Below, piece by piece: positions 35,660 to 45,289 of a DNA stretch of 64,000 nucleotides. The notes beneath the pieces are model-generated. The model searched no databases and was not told where the DNA came from. It was given only the letters and a program-made list of their open reading frames with translations. The stretch is from Desulfobacterales bacterium (lineage in GTDB: Bacteria; Desulfobacterota; Desulfobacteria; Desulfobacterales; UBA5852). Made by a program: the position numbers and the translations under genes. Positions within the stretch are counted from its first letter, which is position 1. Every line of letters begins with the position of its first letter. The stretch spans positions 2,400,001 through 2,464,000 of the forward strand of contig CAXXVS010000003.1 of NCBI GenBank assembly GCA_963674755.2, read 5' to 3'.

Positions 35660-36082
35660 ATGACGCCTGTTCCAACCGATGGTCTCTTTTCGCCCTGGGT
35701 TCCCGGGGTGTTCAGCCTGACCCTCTTCGTTCTCATCGTCATCACCCTGATCGGCCTGCTGCTGTTCATGTCCTCCTGGCTGGGTGAAAAACACCCCGAT
35801 CCTGAAAAGCAGCGCCCTTACGAGAGCGGCATCATTCCCACCGGCTCCGCCCAACTGCGCTACCCGGTACCCTTTTACCTGGTGGCCATTTTTTTTCTGA
35901 TTTTCGACGTGGAAGGCGCTTACATCTTCTCCTGGGCCGTGGCGGCCGAAGATCTCGGGTGGACGGCCTGGCTGCAGATGACGGGTTTCATCACCATCCT
36001 GATGGTGGGGCTGGTCTATATCTGGCGCAAGGGCGCCCTGGACTGGGGCCCCCGGGGTAAAACAGGGCGGCACCGGCCATGA
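35660..36082 (+). CDS. nuoA: NADH-quinone oxidoreductase subunit A
   Basis: [25 protein letters not shown]. Confidence 0.95.
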   Translation: MTPVPTDGLFSPWVPGVFSLTLFVLIVITLIGLLLFMSSWLGEKHPDPEKQRPYESGIIPTGSAQLRYPVPFYLVAIFFLIFDVEGAYIFSWAVAAEDLGWTAWLQMTGFITILMVGLVYIWRKGALDWGPRGKTGRHRP

Positions 36083-38442
36083 AGCTCTTCCCGGATACCG
36101 TCGACACCGTCATCAACTGGGCCCGCGCACGCAGCCTGTGGCCCATGTTTTTCGGCCTGTCCTGCTGCTTTGTGGAAGAAGCCACGGCCATCACGGCCCG
36201 CTACGACATCGCCCGCTTCGGCGCCGAAGTGTTCCGCCCCTCCCCGCGGCAGGCGGACCTGCTGATCGTCTCCGGCACGGTCTTCAAGAAAATCGCCCCC
36301 GTGGTGTTGCGGCTCTACGAGCAGATGGCCGAGCCCCGCTGGGTGATCTCCATGGGGTCCTGCTCCAATACCGGGGGCATGTACGACGTCTACAGCGTGG
36401 TCCAGGGGGTCAACCAGATTCTGCCGGTGGATGTCTACATCCCGGGCTGCCCGCCGCGGCCGGAAGCCGTGCTGGCCGGGCTGGTGATGCTGCAGGAGAA
36501 GATCGCCTCCGACGAGCGGCCCGCCCGCGACATATTGCATATGGGCGGCGGCCGCCAGGGCACCCAGCGCCCGATTCTGGAGGACGGCCGGACCAAGGCC
36601 CGCGATCCCCGGGGCCCCGGCATGGCGGGCACGGTCATTCGCGGTACCTCGGTGACGCCCCCCGATTTCCGCGGCCACCGCTCCGATCTCATGTGGACGC
36701 CGCCGGCGGCCCGCATCACCCTCACGGACGGGGAGCAGGATCTGCTGACGACCCTGCGCACCCGCTTCGGCGACGCGGTCCAGCCGGCCGAATCCGTCTC
36801 GGACATGCCCACCCTGAGCGCCACCCCCGACAAGATCAAGGATGTCCTGCGGTTTCTCAAGACTGAAGCCGATCCGCCCTATCAGCGGCTGGAAGACCTG
36901 ACGGCCGTCGACGAGTCCGCCCGGCGGGACCGTGCGGCCTATGGCGACTACACCCTGGTCTACAACCTGCTGTCTTTCGAGCGGCCCGGGCGTCTGCGGC
37001 TCAAGGTGCCCCTGGCAGGGCAAGCGCCGGAGCCGGCCAGCATCACCGATATCTGGCCCTCGGCCAACTGGTACGAGCGTGAAGTCTTCGACATGTTCGG
37101 CATCCGCTTTGCCGGCCATCCCAACCTGCGCCGGCTGCTGATGCCGTCCGACTGGGAAGGGCACCCCCTGCGCAAGGATTTCTCCGGCCGGGCCACGGAC
37201 ATGCCGCCCTACACCCACCGGGACGCGGTGGAACGTCAGCCCCTGGACGGCGGCCTCTACAACCCCTCGCGCACCGGTCGCGGCGAAATGGTGTTGAACA
37301 TTGGTCCCCACCACGTGAGCACCCACGGCCTGCTGCGCTATATCGCCACCCTGGACGGCGAAGAGATCACCGGCCTGGACATGGATATCGGCTACCATCA
37401 CCGGGGGGTCGAGAAAATCGGCGAGCGCCAGAACTGGCACCAGTTCATCCCCTACACCGACCGGGTGGACTACCTGGCCGGGGCGGCCAACAATCTCCCC
37501 TACCTGATGGCGGTGGAAAAATTGGCCGGCATCACGGTGCCGGAGCGGGCCCAAGTGATCCGGGTGCTGCTCAGCGAACTCTTCCGCCTGAGCAACCACC
37601 TCATGTTCGTGGGCACCTTCGCCCACGATCTGGGCGCCATGACCCCGACCTTTTACACCTTCCGGGAACGGGAGATGATTCTGGACATCGTGGAGCTGAT
37701 CACCGGCGGTCGGCTGCACCCGGCCTGGTTCCGGCTGGGGGGCGTGGCCGCGGATCTGCCCGACGGCTGGCGCGAGGCGGTGGAGCATTTCCTGAAAGTC
37801 TTCCCGGAGCGCATCCGGGAATACGAGACCCTGATCACCAAGAACCCCATCATCCGGGAGCGGGCCCGGGGGGTAGGCCGCCTGAGCCTGGAAGAGGCCA
37901 TCGACTGGGGGGTGAGCGGCCCCAACCTGCGGGCCTGCGGCCTGCCCTGGGATCTGCGCAAAGCCTTTCCCTACTCGGGCTACGACCGGTTCACCTTTCA
38001 GGTGCCCACGGCCACCGAAGGGGACTGCATGGCCCGCTACCGAGTGCGGGTGGAGGAAATGCGCCAGAGCCTCGGCATCATCGCCCAGGCCGCGGCGGCC
38101 ATGCCCGGGGGACGCTGGGTGACCGACGACTACCGCTATGTCGTCCCCCCGCGCCGGGACATGCTGAACGACATCGAAAGCCTGATTCACCATTTTGTCA
38201 ACGTGACCCGCGGCCCCAAAATCCCCGCCGGGGAGGCCTATGCCGCCTGCGAGATCCCGCGCGGCGAGCAGGGCTATTATGTGGTTTCGGACGGCGGCGG
38301 GGCCGCCTACCGGCTGCGCGTGCGCGCACCGGGTTTTGCCAATGTGCAGGCCATGCCCTTGATGGCGACCGGCTGGTCCATCTCGGACCTCATCGCCATT
38401 ATCGGCTCGGTGGACTATATCCTGCCGGATATCGATCGGTAG
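36079..38442 (+). CDS. nuoBCD: Fused NADH-quinone oxidoreductase subunits B/C/D
   Basis: [60 protein letters not shown]. Confidence 0.95.
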   Translation: MKLFPDTVDTVINWARARSLWPMFFGLSCCFVEEATAITARYDIARFGAEVFRPSPRQADLLIVSGTVFKKIAPVVLRLYEQMAEPRWVISMGSCSNTGGMYDVYSVVQGVNQILPVDVYIPGCPPRPEAVLAGLVMLQEKIASDERPARDILHMGGGRQGTQRPILEDGRTKARDPRGPGMAGTVIRGTSVTPPDFRGHRSDLMWTPPAARITLTDGEQDLLTTLRTRFGDAVQPAESVSDMPTLSATPDKIKDVLRFLKTEADPPYQRLEDLTAVDESARRDRAAYGDYTLVYNLLSFERPGRLRLKVPLAGQAPEPASITDIWPSANWYEREVFDMFGIRFAGHPNLRRLLMPSDWEGHPLRKDFSGRATDMPPYTHRDAVERQPLDGGLYNPSRTGRGEMVLNIGPHHVSTHGLLRYIATLDGEEITGLDMDIGYHHRGVEKIGERQNWHQFIPYTDRVDYLAGAANNLPYLMAVEKLAGITVPERAQVIRVLLSELFRLSNHLMFVGTFAHDLGAMTPTFYTFREREMILDIVELITGGRLHPAWFRLGGVAADLPDGWREAVEHFLKVFPERIREYETLITKNPIIRERARGVGRLSLEEAIDWGVSGPNLRACGLPWDLRKAFPYSGYDRFTFQVPTATEGDCMARYRVRVEEMRQSLGIIAQAAAAMPGGRWVTDDYRYVVPPRRDMLNDIESLIHHFVNVTRGPKIPAGEAYAACEIPRGEQGYYVVSDGGGAAYRLRVRAPGFANVQAMPLMATGWSISDLIAIIGSVDYILPDIDR

Positions 38443-38448
38443 ACGACC

Positions 38449-38925
38449 ATGCTGACGGAAGAACTGCGCACAGCGCTGGAAGCGAAAATTGCAGGTGCCG
38501 CCCACCCCCAGGAGTATGTGGTGGACGTCCTCTTTGCGCTCCAGGACCATTACGGCCACCTGACCGACGAAGCGGTGGCCGAGGCCGCCCAACTGGTGGG
38601 CATGCCCGTGGTGGCGGTGGAGGAGCTGACCACCTTCTACCCCTTCCTCTATCGGGAGCCGGTGGGGCGCTACGTCATCAACGTCTGCGACAGCGTGGTC
38701 TGCTGGATGGACGGGCACGAATCCCTCCAGAACCACCTCATGGAACGCCTCGGGATCGCCATGGGCGAAACCACGGCGGACGGCCTGTTCACCCTGTTGC
38801 CGGTATGCTGCATCGGCTACTGCGACCGGGCGCCGGCGATTCTGGTCAACAAAAAGGTTTACGGGGAGCTGACGCCGGAAAAGCTGGACGACCTCCTCGA
38901 GACGCTCCGCCGGGAGGCCGAATAG
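38449..38925 (+). CDS. nuoE: NADH-quinone oxidoreductase subunit E
   Basis: TFY, CDSVVC, CIGYCDRAP. Confidence 0.95.
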   Translation: MLTEELRTALEAKIAGAAHPQEYVVDVLFALQDHYGHLTDEAVAEAAQLVGMPVVAVEELTTFYPFLYREPVGRYVINVCDSVVCWMDGHESLQNHLMERLGIAMGETTADGLFTLLPVCCIGYCDRAPAILVNKKVYGELTPEKLDDLLETLRREAE

Positions 38926-38934
38926 ATAAATGCC

Positions 38935-40251
38935 ATGACAACGACCTACCCCCAAATTCTGTTTCAAAACCGGCATGCGGACCGCATCGCCACCCTGGAG
39001 GAATACGCGGCCTCGGGGGGCTATGAAGCGCTTCGCCAGATGATCGCCGGGGGCGACCGGGCCCAGGTGCAGGCCGCCATCCAGGAAGCCACCCTCCTGG
39101 GACGCGGCGGAGCGGCTTTTCCCATGGGGATCAAGCTCTCCACGGTGGCGGCGGATGCGCCTTTTCCGCGCTATCTGGTATGCAACGCCGACGAAATGGA
39201 GCCGGGCACGTTCAAGGACCGGGTGCTGCTGCACGCCGATCCCCACCAGTTGATCGAGGGCATGGTGCTGACGGGCTTTGCCATCCAGGCCGCCAAAGGG
39301 ATCATCTTCATCCGGCCGGAGTACGAGAATGCGGCCCGCATATTGGAGCGCGAGGTGGCCCTGGCCCGGCAGGCCGGCTATCTGGGGGAGAAGATTCTGG
39401 GGAGCGATTTCTCCTTCGAGATCGACGTCCACCGCAGCGGCGGGCGCTATATCTGCGGCGAAGTCACCGCCCAGCTGAATGCCCTCATGGGCAAACGGCC
39501 CAACCCCCAGCAGCCGCCGCCCTACCCCACCGAGTCCGGTCTGTGGGGCCGGCCCACGGTGATCCAGAACGTAGAGACCCTGTCCTGCGTGCCCCATATC
39601 GTGCGTAACGGGGCCCAGTGGTTCAAGGACCTGGCGCTCACGGAAAGCGGGGCCGGCACCAAGCTCTTCGCGGTGAGCGGGCATGTGAACCGGCCGGGAT
39701 GCTACGAACTGCCCATGGGGGTCCCCTTAAGCGAGATCATCGAAGAACATGCCGGCGGCATGCGGCCGGGCTCCGAATTCAAGGCCTGCCTTCCGGGGGG
39801 CGCCTCCACCCAGTTTTTGACGCGCCAGTTCTACGACATCCCCATGGATTTCGATTCCCTAAAAAAAGCGGGCCACCGTCTCGGCACGGGCGCCATCATG
39901 ATCTTCGACCACAAGACCTGCATGGTGGCGGCCACCCTGAACCTGATGGACTTCTTCGCCCGGGAGTCCTGCGGCTGGTGTACGCCCTGCCGGGAGGGTC
40001 TGCCCTATATCCGCGACCTTTTGCAGCGCATCGAGCGGGGCGAGGGCGAAGCGGCCTTCATCCCCATGCTGGAAGAGATGAGCAAATACCTGTGGAATGC
40101 CTACTGCGCCTTTGCGCCGGGGGCGGTATCGCCCCTGCAGGGCCTGCTGACCTATTTCCGGGACGAGGTTGAGGAACATATTACGGCCCACCGCTGCCCG
40201 TTCCAGGCAAGCGGATCCGGCGCCCTGGACAACCGGTCCCAAACGGATTGA
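38935..40251 (+). CDS. nuoF: NADH-quinone oxidoreductase subunit F (atypical nucleotide site)
   Basis: GRGGA, NADEMEPGTFKDR, YICGE, ESCGWCTPCREG. Confidence 0.95.
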   Translation: MTTTYPQILFQNRHADRIATLEEYAASGGYEALRQMIAGGDRAQVQAAIQEATLLGRGGAAFPMGIKLSTVAADAPFPRYLVCNADEMEPGTFKDRVLLHADPHQLIEGMVLTGFAIQAAKGIIFIRPEYENAARILEREVALARQAGYLGEKILGSDFSFEIDVHRSGGRYICGEVTAQLNALMGKRPNPQQPPPYPTESGLWGRPTVIQNVETLSCVPHIVRNGAQWFKDLALTESGAGTKLFAVSGHVNRPGCYELPMGVPLSEIIEEHAGGMRPGSEFKACLPGGASTQFLTRQFYDIPMDFDSLKKAGHRLGTGAIMIFDHKTCMVAATLNLMDFFARESCGWCTPCREGLPYIRDLLQRIERGEGEAAFIPMLEEMSKYLWNAYCAFAPGAVSPLQGLLTYFRDEVEEHITAHRCPFQASGSGALDNRSQTD

Positions 40252-40261
40252 AGCGAGCACG

Positions 40262-42667
40262 ATGCCCAAACTGACCATCGACAACCGCAGCATTGACGTC
40301 CCGCCCGGGACCAAGGTCATTGACGCTGCCGAACAGCTCGGCATCATGATCCCGCGTTTTTGTTATCATCCGGCCCTGGGATCGGTGGGCGCCTGCCGGG
40401 TGTGTGCGGTCAAGGTCCTGGAGGGCCGCGCCAAGGGCATCAAGATGAGCTGCATGCTGGATGCCGAGGACGGCATGGTGGTGTCCACCACCGATGCGGA
40501 AGTGGTGGACTACCGGCGCTACGTCATCGAGTGGCTCATGCTGAACCATCCTCACGACTGCCCGGTGTGCGACGAGGGGGGCCACTGCCTGCTCCAGGAC
40601 ACCACCGTCTCCGGCGGCCATGGCCTGCGCCGCTACCAGGGCCCCAAGCGCACCCACAACGACCAGGACCTGGGCCCCCTGGTGCAGCATGAGATGAACC
40701 GCTGCATCCAGTGCTATCGTTGCGTGCGCTACTACCGGGAGTACACGGGCTACGAGGACCTGGGGGTGATGGGGATCGGCCGCCGGGTCTACTACGGCCG
40801 CTTTCAGGACGGCACCCTGGAGAGTCCCTTTGCCGGCAACCTGACCGATGTCTGCCCCACCGGGGTCTATACGGACAAACCCTCGCGCTTCAAGGGCCGC
40901 CGTTGGGATTTCGAACGCACGCCCGGGATCTGCATCCACTGTTCCCTGGGCTGCGCCATCACGGTGGACGCCCGCTACCGGGAAGTGGTGCGCCACGAAG
41001 CCCGCTTCAACCCTTTCGTCAACGGCCATTTCATCTGCGACCGGGGACGCTACGGCTATCCCTATGCCTCGGCCGCCGAACGTCCGTGGCAGGCCGCCCT
41101 GGACGGTCAGTCTATTGACGGGCCAACCGCGTTGCAGGCCGCCGCTGATCGGCTGACGGCCGTGGCGGCCGAACACGGCTCCCGGGCCGTGGCCGTGGCC
41201 GGATCCACGCGCTGCAGCCTGGAAGCCATGGCCGAACTGAGCCGCGCCTGCCGCGGCCAGGGCTGGCGGGGACCGGTTTTTTTCGAAGAAACACGCCATG
41301 CCCGGGCGGTGGGTACGGCTGCCAATCACTTGCTGAGCGGGCCGGCCGTGGGACTGCCGGCCGTCGAAGCGGCGGACCTGGTGATCGTGGCGGGCGTCGA
41401 TCCGGTGCACGAAGCCCCCATGCTGGCCTTGGCCCTGCGGCAGGCCTGGCGCCGGGGCGCCGCGGTTGTCATCGTCGATCCGCGGCCGGTGGCGCTGCCC
41501 TTCGATTTTGCGCATCGGCCCCTGCCGCCCGGCGCGATCGGCCCCTGGCTGGAGGGCCTGGGAGGCGCCGCCCCGGTGGATGATAACAAGGATCAAGACG
41601 ATCTGGGCCGCCGCTTCCGGGAAAGCGACCATCCGGTGATCGTGGCCGGAACCGATATCCTGCCGGCCGCCGCCCTGGCGCAGGCCGCCGATCTGGCCGC
41701 CGGCCGTGTGGCCGCGGGGCAAAAAGCGGGTCTGTTCTGCATCCTGCCGGGGCCCAATGCCTTTGGGGCGGCCCTGCTGGACGAGGACCACGACGGGCTG
41801 GGACAGGTGATCGCCGATATCGAAAGCGGCGCGGTCAAGGCCCTCGTCCTGGTGGAGAGCGATGCGGCCTGGCGGTATCCGAACCAGGCCCGCCTCGCCA
41901 ACGCGCTGGCCCGACTGGATCTGCTCATCGTGCTGGACTACCTGGCCTCACCGGTGGTCGAGGCGGCCCATGTGTTTTTGCCGACAACAACGGTTTACGA
42001 GAGCGGCGGCGTCTTCATCAACAGCGGGGGACGTGCCCAGCAGGCCGTGACCGCCCTGCGCGGCGGCAGGCCCATTACTCAGACCGGTCAGGGGGGGCAT
42101 CCGCCCCGGGTTTTCGAGCCGGATATCCCCGGCGCCGGGCAGCAGGCGGCCTGGGCGGTTGTCCGCGCGCTGGCTGCGGCTGTTGCCGGGGAAGCGTCGC
42201 CCGGGGACCTGTCGCCCCTGGAAGATCTCGGCCAATTACATCCTGCCTTGACGGTTATAACCCCGGCACCGCTGCCGCCGGAGGGGCTGATCGTGACAGG
42301 CGGCTTCTCGTCGCTGCCCACCGAACCGGAAGCCGTAGCTTCCGATGCAGGGGATGCCCCGGGGCTGGAAATCGTCTGGACGGAGCGCATTTTCGGCAGC
42401 GAACCGCTGGCGGCCCGGGCACCGGCCCTCCGGGAACTGCAGGAAACCCCGTTTCTTTTGATCGGGGAAGGGGAGGCCGCCGCCTGGCAACTGGCCGACG
42501 GCGCCATGGTGGCCATCGGCGCCGGGGAGCCCCCCTGGAAGCTGGTTGTGCGGGTCGTGACAGACATGGCGGACGGCATCGTGGTGCTGCCTCGCCTGCC
42601 GGGCTGGCAGCAGGTGGTGCTGCCGGACGGACGCCTTCAACCGGAAGACATTCACCAGAGGAGCTGA
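40262..42667 (+). CDS. nuoG: NADH-quinone oxidoreductase subunit G
   Basis: FCYHPALGSVGACRVC, HPHDCPVCDEGGHC, CIQCYRC, CIHCSLGC..C (N7-type cluster). Confidence 0.95.
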   Translation: MPKLTIDNRSIDVPPGTKVIDAAEQLGIMIPRFCYHPALGSVGACRVCAVKVLEGRAKGIKMSCMLDAEDGMVVSTTDAEVVDYRRYVIEWLMLNHPHDCPVCDEGGHCLLQDTTVSGGHGLRRYQGPKRTHNDQDLGPLVQHEMNRCIQCYRCVRYYREYTGYEDLGVMGIGRRVYYGRFQDGTLESPFAGNLTDVCPTGVYTDKPSRFKGRRWDFERTPGICIHCSLGCAITVDARYREVVRHEARFNPFVNGHFICDRGRYGYPYASAAERPWQAALDGQSIDGPTALQAAADRLTAVAAEHGSRAVAVAGSTRCSLEAMAELSRACRGQGWRGPVFFEETRHARAVGTAANHLLSGPAVGLPAVEAADLVIVAGVDPVHEAPMLALALRQAWRRGAAVVIVDPRPVALPFDFAHRPLPPGAIGPWLEGLGGAAPVDDNKDQDDLGRRFRESDHPVIVAGTDILPAAALAQAADLAAGRVAAGQKAGLFCILPGPNAFGAALLDEDHDGLGQVIADIESGAVKALVLVESDAAWRYPNQARLANALARLDLLIVLDYLASPVVEAAHVFLPTTTVYESGGVFINSGGRAQQAVTALRGGRPITQTGQGGHPPRVFEPDIPGAGQQAAWAVVRALAAAVAGEASPGDLSPLEDLGQLHPALTVITPAPLPPEGLIVTGGFSSLPTEPEAVASDAGDAPGLEIVWTERIFGSEPLAARAPALRELQETPFLLIGEGEAAAWQLADGAMVAIGAGEPPWKLVVRVVTDMADGIVVLPRLPGWQQVVLPDGRLQPEDIHQRS

Positions 42668-42676
42668 AGCGGAGCG

Positions 42677-43666
42677 ATGATCTACTGGATGGCCGGCTTG
42701 ATCGTGCTGCTCGTCAAAATGGGCCTCGTGCTCGGGGTGATGCTGTTTCTGGCGGCCTACCTGGTATGGGCGGAGCGCAAGCTCCTGGCACGGCTGCAGA
42801 TCCGGCTGGGCCCCAACCGGGCCGGCATCTTCGGCTTATTGCAGCCGGTGGCCGACGGGATCAAGATGCTCCTCAAGGAAGACGTGGTGCCCGATGCGGC
42901 CGACCGGCCCATTTTCCTGCTGGCGCCGGCCGTGGTGGCCATCACCGCCATGCTGATGTTCGCCGTGGTGCCCTTCGGGGAGAACCTCTATATCGGAGGG
43001 CAGCCGGTGCCCATGGTGATCGCCGACATCAATGTGGGCCTGCTCTATGTTTTCGCGCTTTCGTCCCTGGCGGTCTACGGCGTGGCCCTGGGGGGCTGGG
43101 CTTCCAATTCCAAGTTCGCCCTGCTGGGGGGCATCCGGGGGGCGGCCCAGATGATCAGCTACGAACTGGCCCTGGGGCTCTCCCTGATCCCCATCGTCAT
43201 GCTGGCCCGCTCCTTCAGCCTGGTGGAGATCGTCGACGCCCAGGCGCGCTGTCCGTTCATTCTGCTGCAGCCGGTCTCCTTTGTCATTTTCTTTATCGCC
43301 GCCATGGCCGAGAGCAAGCGCATCCCCTTCGACCTGCCCGAGGCCGAAAACGAGTTGGGGGCCGGCTACCACATGGAATACAGCGGAATGCGCTTCGGCC
43401 TGTTCTTCATCGGCGAATACGTTCACATGCAGGTTCTGGGGGCCCTGGTGGCGGTGTTCTTCCTGGGCGGCTGGCGGGGGCCCTGGCTGCCGGGGCCGGT
43501 CTGGCTGCTGGTCAAGCTGATCCTGGTGGCCCTGGTCATGATCTGGATTAGGGGCACGCTGCCGCGGCTGCGGTATGACCAGCTGATGGCGTTGGGCTGG
43601 AAGGTGCTGGTTCCGGCGGCACTGATCAATATTGTGGCGACCGGGTTTTTTATGTTGTTGATTTAA
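42677..43666 (+). CDS. nuoH: NADH-quinone oxidoreductase subunit H
   Basis: [25 protein letters not shown]. Confidence 0.95.
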   Translation: MIYWMAGLIVLLVKMGLVLGVMLFLAAYLVWAERKLLARLQIRLGPNRAGIFGLLQPVADGIKMLLKEDVVPDAADRPIFLLAPAVVAITAMLMFAVVPFGENLYIGGQPVPMVIADINVGLLYVFALSSLAVYGVALGGWASNSKFALLGGIRGAAQMISYELALGLSLIPIVMLARSFSLVEIVDAQARCPFILLQPVSFVIFFIAAMAESKRIPFDLPEAENELGAGYHMEYSGMRFGLFFIGEYVHMQVLGALVAVFFLGGWRGPWLPGPVWLLVKLILVALVMIWIRGTLPRLRYDQLMALGWKVLVPAALINIVATGFFMLLI

Positions 43667-43682
43667 AGAAAAGGTTGGACTG

Positions 43683-44276
43683 GTGCTGAAGGAAATCGAT
43701 ACCATCGACGTCAGCGAGCAGGAAGAAAGCCGCGGCTGGCGGCAGGCCATAGGGGAGGGGGCCCGGGCGATAGGGGCGGGGCTGGCCCTGACCTTCCGGC
43801 ATTTGTTCCGGCGGCCCATCACCGAGTCCTATCCGGAATACAAGCGGACCCTGCCGGCCCGCTCCCGGGCGCGCATCGTCCTGACCCGGGACCCGGACGG
43901 GGACGAGCGTTGCGTGGCCTGTTATTTGTGTTCGGCCGTCTGTCCGGTGAGTTGCATCTCGATGCAGTCGGCTGCGCGGGAGGACGGCCGGCGCTATGCG
44001 GCCTGGTTCCGCATCAATTTCGGGCGCTGCATCTATTGCGGCCTGTGCGAAGAGGCCTGCCCCACTTCGGCCATCCAGCTGACCCCCGATTTCGAGAACT
44101 GCCGTCGCGACATCCTGGAGATGGTGTTCGAAAAGGAGGACCTGCTGGTGGACCACGGCGGCAAGGACCGCGACACCAATTTCTACCGCCACGCGGGGGT
44201 GGTGAGCCGGCTGGGCGGCAAGGGCGACCATCTTAATGAAGCCCCGCCCGTGAACGTAAAGAGCAATCTGCCCTGA
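43683..44276 (+). CDS. nuoI: NADH-quinone oxidoreductase subunit I
   Basis: [12 protein letters not shown] and [12 protein letters not shown]. Confidence 0.95.
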   Translation: MLKEIDTIDVSEQEESRGWRQAIGEGARAIGAGLALTFRHLFRRPITESYPEYKRTLPARSRARIVLTRDPDGDERCVACYLCSAVCPVSCISMQSAAREDGRRYAAWFRINFGRCIYCGLCEEACPTSAIQLTPDFENCRRDILEMVFEKEDLLVDHGGKDRDTNFYRHAGVVSRLGGKGDHLNEAPPVNVKSNLP

Positions 44277-44315
44277 GGGGCCGGATATAGATGAGATCGT
44301 AAATCGTCAGCTTGA

Positions 44316-44438
44316 GACGGTTTCGTAAAAAGGTTGAGATCAAGGCTTGCGGATCTCGAAGAATGAAGCGTGCTAGACGTACGCTGTAGTGATGAGAGAT
44401 ACGCGTAACGCGGATATCGGGCTTTTTACGAGATCGTC
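44316..44438. mobile_element. MITE-like element (family M2), copy 2, between nuoI and nuoJ
   Basis: GACGGTTTCGTAAAAAG / CTTTTTACGAGATCGTC, 15/17 TIR. Confidence 0.8.
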
Positions 44439-44461
44439 ATGACATTAGGAGACAGACGGGC

Positions 44462-44980
44462 ATGACCGTCCTCAGCCTACTCTTTTATCTTCTGGCGCTG
44501 TTGATCGTGGCATCCACCGGGATCGCCGTCACGCGCCGCAACCTGGCCCACGCCGTGGTCTATCTGGTGATTTCGTTTTTCGGCACGGCCATGCTGTTCT
44601 ACCTTCTGGGGGCGCCGCTGCTGGCCGCCCTGGAGGTGATCATCTATGCCGGGGCCATCATGATCCTCTTCCTTTTTATCGTGATGATGATCCGGCTGGA
44701 GCGAATCGAAGGGCCGCTTTTCCCCCGGCGCCAGATGGTGCCGGCCCTGGTGGCGGCGGCCGTCTATCTGGGGGCGGGAATCCTATTGATGGCCTACGGC
44801 GACCCGGCCGGCAACGCCCGGCTGGCGAGTGCCAGCGCGTCCCCGGCCGAGTTCGGGCGTTTTTTGTTCAATCGGCATTGGCTGGCCATCGAGATCGCCT
44901 CCCTGCTGCTGCTGGTGGCGCTGGTCGGTGCCCTGCACATCGGCCGGGAGCCGGCCGATGCCGAGGAGCCGCAACCATGA
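44462..44980 (+). CDS. nuoJ: NADH-quinone oxidoreductase subunit J
   Basis: IYAGAIMILFLF, EIASLLLLVALVGA. Confidence 0.95.
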   Translation: MTVLSLLFYLLALLIVASTGIAVTRRNLAHAVVYLVISFFGTAMLFYLLGAPLLAALEVIIYAGAIMILFLFIVMMIRLERIEGPLFPRRQMVPALVAAAVYLGAGILLMAYGDPAGNARLASASASPAEFGRFLFNRHWLAIEIASLLLLVALVGALHIGREPADAEEPQP

Positions 44981-45288
44981 TCGTTCCTTACAGTCATGTT
45001 CTGGCGCTTTCCGGCCTCCTGTTTCTGATAGGGATGGTCACCACCGTGGCCCGCCGCAATCTGATCATGGTGGTGCTGGGGCTCGAGGTGATGCTCAATG
45101 CCGCGGCCGTGGCCTTTGTGGGGGCTTCCCTGCGCTGGGAACTGCTGGACGGCCAGGCCCTGGTAATCTTCATCATCGCCGTGGCAGCCACCGAGGTCTC
45201 CGTGGGGCTGGCCCTGGTGGTGGCGGCTTACCGCAAGACCGGGTCCGTGGACCCGGAACAACTGGAAGAAACGGAAGCGAGCGCCTGA
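44977..45288 (+). CDS. nuoK: NADH-quinone oxidoreductase subunit K
   Basis: RRNLI..EVMLNA, AATE.SVGLA; ATGA overlap with nuoJ. Confidence 0.95.
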   Translation: MIVPYSHVLALSGLLFLIGMVTTVARRNLIMVVLGLEVMLNAAAVAFVGASLRWELLDGQALVIFIIAVAATEVSVGLALVVAAYRKTGSVDPEQLEETEASA

Positions 45289-45289
45289 C

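Noticed and set aside
36016..39684. 1222-aa minus-strand ORF and other long antisense ORFs (for example 46346-48679, 9695-11404, 40181-41791)
   Set aside because: These are shadow frames of high-GC genes, lying opposite well-supported CDSs, with no recognisable motifs.
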